Shown: in pieces, positions 27,066 through 37,978 of the stretch | Numbering within the stretch: position 1 is the first letter of the stretch | How the letters are laid out: the number at the start of each line of letters is the position of its first letter | Translations under genes and position numbers: made by a program | Assembly (NCBI GenBank): GCA_025603075.1 | Contig: MU626380.1 | Span: forward strand, 1 to 62,272 | DNA: 62,272 nucleotides | Reading direction: 5' to 3' | DNA from: Neoconidiobolus thromboides FSU 785 | Lineage: Eukaryota > Fungi > Entomophthoromycota | The notes under the pieces: model-generated | Seen by the model: the letters and a program-made list of their open reading frames with translations, nothing else | Told to the model about the DNA's origin: nothing | Database searches by the model: none

Positions 27066-27632
27066 CGGAGTCATTATCGCTTTCAGATGAATCACTATTA
27101 TCTTCTGATGATGATGAATTATTATCTTCTTCTTCTTTTTCGTTATCAGAACTACTTTCATCTTTATATAAATCTATAGGTTTAATAGTAGTAATAGTAG
27201 TTGGTTTATTCATCATAATGTTATTATTTGGTGGTTTTAAATTTCTAGAAGATGCATTAAAGGATAAGTTATTATCATTATTATCATTTGATATAACAGA
27301 TTGCACATTAGATTGTTTGTTATTTATTGTATTTTGTCCTTCAATTGTTTTTTTAATAGGTGGATTGGGCTTTACTGTATTAATAGTAATTTTATTTTCT
27401 TCTTCATTTAAAGAAGCACTGTTGCTTCCATTCTCGCTTTTGCTTTTAGTTTTACTTTCTATTTCCTTGTTTATTTGTATTGATTTATTTTTTATTGGTG
27501 TTGATTGACTAATAATATCATCATCTTTATTTAATAATTTATTTTTATTATTAATTGAATTAATATTTTCAGAATCTGAAGAAGAATCTAAACTAATAAC
27601 AACATTGGAATTCTTTGAGACCAAATTATCAA

Positions 27633-27663
<31 letters not shown>

Positions 27664-28840
27664 GTCATTTATTAACTTTTCTTTTTCATTATTAATTAAT
27701 TTAGTCTCTTCTACTATTTCAATGCTAGCAACAGATGAATTTTGATCAACTTTTTCAATATTTTTTAATTGTTCAATATTTTTGTTAACTTTTGATTGAA
27801 CTAGAGTTTTATTATTAACTTGATTTTGTTTTATTTCTTTGGCAACTGGAGTAACTTCTTTTTCAGTTAATTTATTGCTATTTTTTCCTATCTTTTCATT
27901 TTCTTTCTTGTTTTTAATTGGTGTTTGATTTTGTTTATTATCATTGTTAATTAAAGATTCCTTTTCTTTCTTATTAACTACCTTTTCATTTTGTTTCTTA
28001 TTATTAACTACCTTTTCATTTTGTTTTTTGTTTTTAACTACCTTCTCATTTTGTTTCTTTGAATTGTTAACTACAATTTCATTTGATTTATTATTATTAA
28101 CTTTTTCATTCTGTTTCTTCTTCTTAGTTTCAATTGCTTTTTCAGAAACACTACCAACCTTTTCAATTGTTTTTTTACTACCATTAACTTGTACTTTACC
28201 TCCATCAATTGATTTTATAACATTTGATTTGTCAACTTGTGCTTTGTTTTTTTGTTTTTTTGCTATTTGAATCGAATTGCCTAATTCACTATTAGATAAT
28301 TTACGATTTAACTTAGTAGTTGTGACTTGGATTGGAGCTACATTGATTTGAGTGTTACTTTTATTTTCTTTAAAAAGTATATAACAATTAGTATTATTTT
28401 AAAAATTTATTAAGTAAATTAACTTACCATTTAGTACTAAATAAATTAAAGATTTATCTTGCAATACTTGATCAATTAAAAATTGATCTTCTAATTCATA
28501 ATATTCATCATTTAAAATCCAATAAATACCCGTAAAACCAGTCATTTGAGGACTATTATTTTAAAGTAAATAAATAGTAATAGTAATATTAAATATCTGT
28601 TTTATATAATAAAAATAGAATACAAAAGTAAAATAATACTTACTTTACTCCCTTTAAAAGTTTAATCTTATTCCATAACTCTTTTTTTATTTTACCAATG
28701 GTAATATTACTTGGAGTAAAATAAACCAATTTATAAATTACTTCTGATTCAATAATAGACGTTGATTTACCATATGGACTACTTGTTAATACATTGACTT
28801 TTAATTGAATTTTATTGATTTTAACTGGATTTTTAGCCAT
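26653..28840 (-). CDS. Low-complexity nucleolar-type protein with a candidate Net1/Dnt1-like N-terminal domain; exons 28840-28644, 28552-28428, 28367-26653; ~678 aa
   Basis: The frame read manually from 28367 is open into the ORF-track ORF. It has K/N-rich KQNEKVVN repeats, S/D/E tracts and a terminal KKKR. Confidence 0.8.
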
Positions 28841-29025
28841 TTTGAGTATACAAAATGAGACTGAAAAAAGAATACAAAAATTAATGAAAGTTGGGGTTTA
28901 GCATTAGAGAAAAAAACTTGATTGGTGGAAAGTTATCCCCAATTTATTGAAAAATTTAATTGAAAGTAAAAAAATAATAAATAAAATAATAAATAATTGT
29001 ATTACATAATATTATTATCTCTTTT

Positions 29026-29796
29026 TTATTCTTCATTTACATCCATTATATTTTGGTTTTCCATCAAATTCATCTCTTGTATTTCTATATCTTCCCTAAT
29101 AAATTTTAATTCGAGTAAATTTTCACAAATAAATTTCCATGCATAGCAACATCTCAAAAATGGAATCATTATCCAAGGTGCATTCATTAACCAAAAATAA
29201 ACGTAATAATATAAAGTTTCCGGTCTAGTATAAATCATATTTTCTAAATAAGCTGAAATAAAGTAAACTGAGACACTGAAAAGATGAAATGATTCTATGA
29301 TAATAGTGAGTGGATATTGTTTAATACTATTACAATATATAAACATTGAATTAATAAAACAAAGGGGTGCTATAATAATCTGAAAAATAATGAAAAATCA
29401 AATTAAATTATATTATATTAAATTTATATTAAAAATAAAACTTACCACTGTTATTAACTCTAAACTAAATGTCATTCCATCTTTTATCAAATATCGACTA
29501 TCTGCCAATGAATATTCTTTCCACAATTGAGCCATAAACCCATTATTCTCATGTATTTTACCATAATTGAAAATATAATAACCCTCAAATATCAAATGTA
29601 ACAAGAAGTTGAGAACATACCAAAAGAGAGATAGTTTGCCTAAAAAGGTGAGACTTCGGTTTGTACTTGATAAGATTTGAATGGGGATAAAGACCATTAA
29701 GAAGTAAATAAAAACACTTGAAAGGAGGTAAGTAGTGGCATATGTGTTTTCTATATAATGAGGTAAGGAGAGGGTAGGAGGATAATAAGGATGCAT
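29026..29796 (-). CDS. EBP/EXPERA family sterol isomerase-like protein, copy 2; exons 29796-29446, 29379-29026; ~234 aa
   Basis: Motifs LHLIFEGYY, LWKEYSLADSRY, ELIT and MNAPW. The intron is at the same position as in copy 1. Confidence 0.88.
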
Positions 29797-29986
29797 TCTT
29801 TTTAATATGAAAATCAAGTTATTGATTATTTTATAAAAATCATTCTTGATAAATTCTGATTGCAATTTTCAATTTTAAACCAATGATTTTTCAAGTTTGT
29901 CAAGCATATAAACTAAAATTGAAATTTTTGGAAATTTTGAATTTGAATTGAGTTTTTTTTAATAAATAAATAAAATAAAGAAAACC

Positions 29987-31315
29987 ATGGTTTCTCATTC
30001 TATTGAAGAATATGAATCATCCTCATCAAGTAATACTTTAAATAATAAAATGATCGAATATGAGTCTGAAGTAATTGAAAGTGAGCAAAGTATAGAAGAA
30101 AAAAGGTCGTGTAAATTGTTCAATTCACTTTCAAAAGAAGAAGTAGAAGAAAAAGAGTTTCAAAATCAAATAGTTGATTTAGCCCAAGATAAAGCACATT
30201 CCCATACCACATCCCAAGCATTTTCACCTACAAGTAGTTATAGTTTAATTGAACAAGATAACCATAGTAATTTGATGGAAGATAAAGTAAAACAAGAAGC
30301 AAAAGAGAATATTGAGAATTCTGATAATGATAATAACAATGAATCAATTTTAAAAGATATAGATATAAAACAAAATATTAAACAAAGTGATAGTATGTTT
30401 AAAATAATTAACTCAGAAGTTGAAAAAGAAGCTCATCAATCGATGTTAGAAGAAGAAGGTGGTTTAACTTATTTAGATAGTCATAAAAAAAAGAAAATCA
30501 AGAAAGATATTTTACCATTAAATGCAGCAGAGATTATAGAAACAAGAAAACATATCCCAATTAATATAAAAAAGAGTAATATTCAACAAATAGAATTCAA
30601 ATTACAAGATATTGGTGGACTAGATGAACAAATCTTAAAAATTGCAGGTAGTATTAATATTCAATTAAATTATCCTGAATTTTGTAATAAATTTCAATTT
30701 AAATCATCTAAAGGTTTTATATTACATGGACCTCCAGGTACGGGGAAAACAAGTTTAGCTAGAGCATTAATTCATGAATTCAATAGGGGTAATCAGCCAT
30801 TAGCTTATTTTCAATTTACAGCAAGTGATATTTTAAGTAAAAATATTGGTGAATCGGAAACTAAATTAAATGTTATATTTGAAACAGCTAAATTATGGCA
30901 ACCTAGTATTTTGTTTTTTGATGAGATTGACGGCTTAATTCCTATTAGAAATGAAAAAGATCGAGCAAATGCTTCTTTAGTTTCTACCTTTTTAAATTTA
31001 ATGGATGGGATTAATGAAAGTGGACAATTAATTATTATTGGCTCCACTAATCGATTAAGTTCAATTGATCCAGCAATGAGAAGACAAGGTCGATTTGAAG
31101 AAGAAATTTATTTTCCATTACCTAAATTACAAGATCGATTAAGTATTTTATTAAAAATATTAAATTGTTGGAAACAACCACCAGAATATGAATTAATTGA
31201 AAATATAGCCAAATTAACTAATGGATTTTCAGGAGCTGATTTGAGATCTCTTTGTACTAAAGCTTCATTGAATGGATTAAAAAGATTATATCCTAATTTA
31301 ATTAATAATCAACAA

Positions 31316-31386
<71 letters not shown>

Positions 31387-32437
31387 ATTAACAAATATAC
31401 AAATTATTGAATCTGATTTTATTAATAGTATGAAAGAAATGAATAAAAGTTATACTAAAATAGAAGATAAAGAATTAATATTAATTAATCAATTAATCAA
31501 AAACAAAGTCAAGAAAGTAATAGATCATTTACAATTATGGTTACAATATAATAAGCAACATATAAAAAGTAATTTCAATAATAATAATTATTTACCAAAA
31601 GTGATAATTATTAAAAGTAATAATTTATATTTATTAAATTATACAATTAATTCAATAATTAATCAAATGGAAACTATAAAAATTATTGAATTAAATTTTT
31701 ATCAAAGTAATTCAAGTAATGATCGATATGGTATTAATAATATTCATTTACAATTAAATTCCATAAAAAAAGAAGAATGTAAATTAATAATTATAAAGAA
31801 TTTAGATCAATTAATTAAGGAATTTAATAATAATAATAATAATAATAATAATAGTATTAACAATAATAATAATAAAATTATTTATTATATAATCTCTTTA
31901 TTAAATACACCATGTTCAATTGGAAATGTTAGTTTTTTATTTACTTGTAATAAAGTAGAAGAGAAATTTAATCAATATTTTAAATTAGATAAATGGTTTA
32001 AACTAGATTTAGATCCGATTAATAATTTAGATTTAAATCAATATTGTCAATTATATTTATCTTATTTAAAAGATAAGAAAGATCAAAGAGAATTAAATAA
32101 TAATAATAATACAGGATTAACTGAAGATCATTATAATATATCAAATTATAATAATAATAATAATAATGAATTATTAATTAACAAAGAAGATAACAATAAT
32201 AACTTAAAAGAATATTTAATTAATGAATTAAAAGATTCAACATTAACTGAAATATTAGATTATTGTAATAATATTAAATCAATTAATCAACTTATTTTAC
32301 AAAGACAATATAATCAAAAACATCAGTTAATAAATAATAATAAAATTAATGAAAAGGAAAATCAATTATTAGATAATAATAATAATAATAATAATAATAA
32401 AAGAAGAAGAAAAAATATCAATATTATTAAATTTTAA
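29987..32437 (+). CDS. Divergent Yta7/ATAD2-like AAA+ ATPase, intronless, 816 aa, poly-Asn rich
   Basis: Motifs DIGGLD, HGPPGTGKT, QPSILFFDEIDGL, LMDG, GSTNR, DPAMRRQGRF and GFSGADLRSLCT. The flanking context resembles Yta7 AAA1. Confidence 0.85.
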
Positions 32438-32476
32438 TTTAATTTAATATATAATATTCTACCCTAAAGCTCTCTC

Positions 32477-32590
32477 TATATATCTTTATCTTTATCTTTA
32501 TCTCTCTTATCTTTATTTTTATCTCTCTTATCTTTATTTTTATTCTTATTATCTCTCTTATCTTTATTTTTATTCTTATTATATCTCTTA
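32477..32590. repeat. TATCT-rich minisatellite including an exact 30-bp duplication (32521-32550 = 32551-32580)
   Basis: Seen directly, between the convergent stops of the AAA gene and MMM1. Confidence 0.9.
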
Positions 32591-32628
32591 GCATAAATAA
32601 ATTATATTTAATAAAAATATTTTATTTC

Positions 32629-33302
32629 TTATTCCTCCTTTTTATTTTTAATTTCTTCTATTTCCTTATCCATTTGATTTTCGTTATCATTTTGAAATTT
32701 ATTAAATAAATTATCAATAGTTGGTAATTTAATATTAATACCATTAGGTTCAACTAAAAATTGATTAATTAAATCAATAATTCTAGCATTAATTAACTCT
32801 TTAATTTTAGGTACATCTTTTAATTTACTACGATGACCTAATAATGTTTGAATATCCAGCTCTAGTTTATAATCTGACAAAATACTCAATTTCAATTCTT
32901 GTTCCATTGTATCTTTATTAGCTTGGAATTCTAATATTATCTATTGAAATTTATTAATATTTGAAATTATAATAAATCTATCAAAGCTTTGAAAAAAAAC
33001 TTACTTTGCCTTCAAATTTCAATAAACTTAATGTCAAACTTAATGGTAAAGCAGCTAAAGAGATATTGGCTATTCCCATTAATATTGAACTATCTAATCC
33101 AATTGTTATTTTATCTTGATAATTTAATTCGATTTCAGCATACTATTTTGATTTAAAATAAAAAAGTAATAAATTAATAATTCAACAATTAATAATAAAT
33201 AAAACTTACCATCCTTGAATTATCTTTATAGCCAATATGAATATTATTAAATATAGGAAACTCATTACCAAAAGATAATTCAGTCAATAAAATACTTCCC
33301 TA

Positions 33303-33341
<39 letters not shown>

Positions 33342-33922
33342 TTAAATAAAATTAATGTTTTAAATTCCACTTACCAATATATTAGGCTTATATTTTGAGT
33401 TTAATAGTTTTTCTAATACATTAACAAATCCTTTATTTAATAATATTTCTTTTCTATAATAATGTAATAGTTGAGCTAATAATACATTAAACCAATCACA
33501 TGATTCAAGTTGATGTTCCATAATATCATAATAAGTTTTAGTTAATATCTCCGCATCTAAAATATTCAAATTCGTAGAATACGTTTTAAAACTCTAAGTA
33601 AAAATAAACTATTGATTAATAAATTTATTCAAATGTATAATAATAATAATAATAAAATTCATAAAATTTAAATTTACTTCCTTACTTTTTTAACCTTCTC
33701 AAATACTTGTTGTTTCCTTTCTATTTCTTCTCTGACTTTATCATCTACTTTACTTGGTAAATGATAAATCTTCTTTTTACTATCATCTAAAAACCAATAT
33801 TTGATTAATAAATAAAGTAGTAATAATAAAATCAATTGGCCCAATAAAAACCCTTGTAAAAATTTCCAATAAGCTGAATTAGCTTCATTAATAAATCGAG
33901 TTTCCATTAAATTTGATAACAT
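32629..33922 (-). CDS. MMM1: ERMES subunit Mmm1; exons 33922-33686, 33593-33375, 33299-33210, 33142-33005, 32940-32629; ~331 aa
   Basis: TM segment FLQGFLLGQL, HQLESCDWFNVLLAQ, SFGNEFPIF, LPLSLTLSL and LLGHRSKLKDVPKI. Confidence 0.92.
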
Positions 33923-34128
33923 TGAAAATGTTAAGATAAATTATGTAGTATTGAATAAGGTTAGATAATAGATTTAAATTGAATTTTAATAAAACGTATT
34001 GATTTGAAATTCCCCTTTTTTTCTATTATTTTACATTTTGCATTTTAAATTCGTTTCTAACTTAACATTCATTGGTACATTAGAATTCAAATCAATGATT
34101 GGAAGATTCGATTTCATTGATATTATTT

Positions 34129-34224
34129 GGGAATGTATTTTTGTGTTTAAGAATTTTACTAACAATTTTTTCGCTTAAATAGTGTTTAAAAGGTCAAAAA
34201 AATGAAGCCAAAAAAAACATCCCC
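34129..34224 (+). mobile_element. MITE family A copy 8
   Basis: GGGAATG...CATCCCC, ATTT direct repeat on both sides. Confidence 0.85.
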
Positions 34225-34672
34225 ATTTTTCAACCCTCTAAGTATTAGTTAGTTATCTTAAACAAATTTGCTTAGGTCACTTTTTAATTCTTAGTTAATT
34301 GAATTCTAATTGAATCCTTTTTTTTCGGAAATTCAATGTCTAAAGGGTTAATTTGATTGAGATTGAAGCTAATTTCAGTCCTTTTTATATTAATTCTAAG
34401 TTACATATGACCAATGTTCGTCCATAGTACTTAAAAGGTTAAAATTCTAGAAGTAGAAATTGTAAGCTATTTCTATTTACAAAAAAAATTAAAAAGTTTG
34501 ACAATTACTTAATCTATTTGAATATAAAAACAATAAATTATTATAATAACAATAAGAATTTGATTTATAATATAAACTAAAGTTAAATATCTTAATTTTT
34601 AAGAAATCCATAAAATAATTTTATTATAGACATTTTGTGATTAATATAAATTAGTAATTGATTTAATAATAT

Positions 34673-34769
34673 GGGGATGTTTTCTTTGATTTCATTACTT
34701 TTCTATTTTTGAGCACTATTTGAGTGGAAAAATTATTAGTAAAATTCTTAATACAAAAAATACATCCCC
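34673..34769 (-). mobile_element. MITE family A copy 9
   Basis: Both TIRs intact, ATAT on both sides. Confidence 0.9.
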
Positions 34770-35388
34770 ATATAGTATAAAAATAAATAATCATTGTATC
34801 ATGTTTTTAACTATTAATTAAGATGACATAATAATTAGAACTTATGAACTAGACTATTGTTATCCTAGACTTAAGTTATTAAACTTATTGTATTTGAGTT
34901 TCCTTATTCAATGTAAGCTCAATAATATATCTTATATAGACAATAATATTATATATTGATTAACTAGAAATAATAAATTGATTCTAAAAATTATTATAAG
35001 TTATAAATTTACGCTTTAATGACTTTTGTTATAAGTTTAGACTCGAATAAATCATTTATTATGAAATAATAAGTTTATTTCCTTATTTATATTGTTAATA
35101 TAAAATAGTAACTTCTTTAACAAATGGTTTATCCGATTTTACTAAATAATTAAAATAACGTTTTTTCTAAGTTATGAGCTATTGATACTATATTATATTG
35201 TATCAATATTAATATAATATATTACAATCCAGAGTTAATATATTATAGTTTTACATGCTTAATACAATAAATTGTTAGTTATAATAGTAATGCTTCAGAT
35301 ATTATAAAAGGTAACAACATTATCAATATTTTAGGAAAGAAATCCGATATAGCCGGAGATTAAAAATTGTTTAAAATTAACAATAATG

Positions 35389-35421
<33 letters not shown>

Positions 35422-36928
35422 TAATAATATTCAGTTTAAATATTGTTTAATTTATTATAAATTATTCGATTGATAAATAATATAATAGTAAAGTTACACC
35501 TTATACTTTTGACTTAAAAAATTCGAATTTGACCTATTAATTTTTATTTTTTGATTATGTTACTTTAAAAAAATTTATGATAGTTTAATACGTTTGTCCA
35601 AGTTCGAAATTATTCTACTGCTACTAAGCTAGGGCATTAAAATACAACGTTATTATGAAAATCAACAGTCGTATTGAGTCAACTATTAGTAAGTATCTCT
35701 TGCTTTATAAAGAAGTTCTCGCTAAAAAAAATTCTAAAAAATTTAATCTAAAACTTGAGCACACCTAATTCAAAGTATCATCAATATTAAAATTAACTAT
35801 TTTATTTAAGATAGTAAATATATAATAACAAGACTGAACTATTCTTTTTAATAAAATGGATTTTAGGAAGATAATAATACAAAACTTTTGCGAGCGGCTT
35901 CATTTAATTCTTATTCTTAATAGATTTAAATATATACAGTTTAAAATTTAAAAAAAAAACAAGATCAAAATTATGCCACTTTTTAAAAAAAAAATATTAA
36001 AAGTGGCATTTGGGGGCTCATAACTTCGGTTGATGAACAAAAATAGTGATATTTTTACTTTAAATAAATTAACTTTATGTTTTACTTTAAATTCCTTTGA
36101 TTTAAATATGAGACTTACAAGCATTACAACATAAACATACTTTTAATTCATTTATTTTTATATCATTGAGGCTTTTTAGTCATTGCATGAATTAAATTAA
36201 AGTATAAGAATATTTAAATTTTGGTAGTTTATTAACTTTTGATATTGCAAAATATTGGCGCATCTTAAATAGGCTTTATTTATTAATTTTTATGAGAGAC
36301 TAGAATCTAGGCTTAATATGTGGTGTTATGATTTAAACACATGTAAGAGAATAAGATATGCTTACATTTTATAGTAAATCACTTTTTCAAAGCAACTAAA
36401 TAGTAAATGTAATTTTATCACTTTTTTAATAGATTAACTTTTTTTTATTAATAAATTGAATAAGAATTTAAATCTATTTATTTTTGTTTCCTAACTCTTT
36501 TGATTGTTAAGTAGTTAAGGTATGTATTGAAACTTAACTAACATTTTATACTTCATTTCGTTTCTATATTGTAAAATTTAATATGATTAGTAATATACAA
36601 TACTAGATATAATGTTAAAACTCTATATGCTAATCTTATAAATTGATTTATAATAACTAATCAAAAAAAAAAATAATTCTCGTTTAATACTTAGTAAATA
36701 GAATTTTTTTCTAAAAAATTATTTATAGAATCTTGTATAAAAATAAATAAAATTGATGATAATAAAAGATAAAAATAAATATACTATATAGAAGCGATTA
36801 ATTTATTAACTAACGTGATTAATCAGAATACAAAAAGAAAGTACAAAGATAGTGAAAAACAACCTCTCAGAGGAAATAATAATAAAGAGAAACTTATGGC
36901 AAGGGAAAAATAATAGTAGCACAATGTT

Positions 36929-37978
36929 TTAGCACCCTTCATTTATATTTTCACTATCTGTAACCCCAGAACATTTTTTAGAAGCTAGATGTCTCTTTAA
37001 TATATCCGTTCTAGAAAATGACTTATTACAACCACCACAATGAAAATCTTTACGACCAGTGTGAAGATCCATATGTCTTTTAAGTGAATTATTACGAGTA
37101 AATTCAAGACCACAATAAGTACAAGCGGATACTTTAGCACCAGTGGGTATTTTAGTACGTCTTCTTCTTGGTATATGTAAACCAGGGGTTTGAAATTTAG
37201 GTTGACCATATGAGATATTGAGTGTATTTGAATCCATTTCTCCATCTTTAATCTTAGCTACTCTTACTTTATCACTATTTGAATTCATTTTTTTACTCCC
37301 AATTCCTGATTGTTTTTTATTAATAATAATGTTGGAAGGATTTTGAGGATAACTGACTGGGATTGAATTACTAGCAACTATAGATGAAGGATGGATCGGA
37401 CTAATAGAGTCATTCATATAATGAAGAGTGGAAGGACCATTACCAATGCGTAAAGCAGGGTTATTTGTAGATTGAGTAAAGGATACCTGATTATTATTAA
37501 AGTAAGATGAAGTAGGAGATTGTGGGTTTAATTCAACATTCGCACTATGATACATAGTTGAAGATGTATAATTTGGAGTACTATATGATTGCATTTGATT
37601 ATTTACATCAAAATTGTTCATTGAACCCATATTATAATAGGGTTGTTGTGGATAACTATTTAACTGAGAAGGGTTTTGATAACCAAAGTTATTACTATTT
37701 ACTTGAGATAAATTGTAATAACATTGATCATCTGGAATAGTAGGGGAAGTTAAGTCTGTAAATTGAAAATTTTGAGTACTATGTACTATTTGATTTGGAG
37801 TAGAGGGATATTCATAATTCATTACTTGTTGATAAGGTATAAAGGATTCAATTCCAGGAGTTGTTGAAATAGTTAATGATTGAAAATTTGCGTTACTTGG
37901 ATTATATTCAGCTGAGCGATCTTGGAGTTGTAATGTCATTGTACGTTGTTTATTTGGTAGCAATGCTCTTAATGACAT
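36929..37978 (-). CDS. Zinc-finger transcription factor 1 (C2H2 + C2HC fingers; Q/N/S/Y-rich N-terminus), intronless, 349 aa
   Basis: CTYC...FTRNNSLKRHMDLH-TGRKDFH-CGGC...FSRTDILKRHLASKKC. Confidence 0.92.
   Translation of the reverse strand: MSLRALLPNKQRTMTLQLQDRSAEYNPSNANFQSLTISTTPGIESFIPYQQVMNYEYPSTPNQIVHSTQNFQFTDLTSPTIPDDQCYYNLSQVNSNNFGYQNPSQLNSYPQQPYYNMGSMNNFDVNNQMQSYSTPNYTSSTMYHSANVELNPQSPTSSYFNNNQVSFTQSTNNPALRIGNGPSTLHYMNDSISPIHPSSIVASNSIPVSYPQNPSNIIINKKQSGIGSKKMNSNSDKVRVAKIKDGEMDSNTLNISYGQPKFQTPGLHIPRRRRTKIPTGAKVSACTYCGLEFTRNNSLKRHMDLHTGRKDFHCGGCNKSFSRTDILKRHLASKKCSGVTDSENINEGC

Noticed and set aside
35973-36009. Isolated hairpins (ATGCCACTTTT/AAAAGTGGCAT here; GTTAGGCT/AGCCTAAC at ~48310; CTAGACT-GCA-AGTCTAG at ~49258)
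   Set aside because: They are single-copy 7-11-bp stems with no TSD or family context and are plausible by chance in 62 kb.
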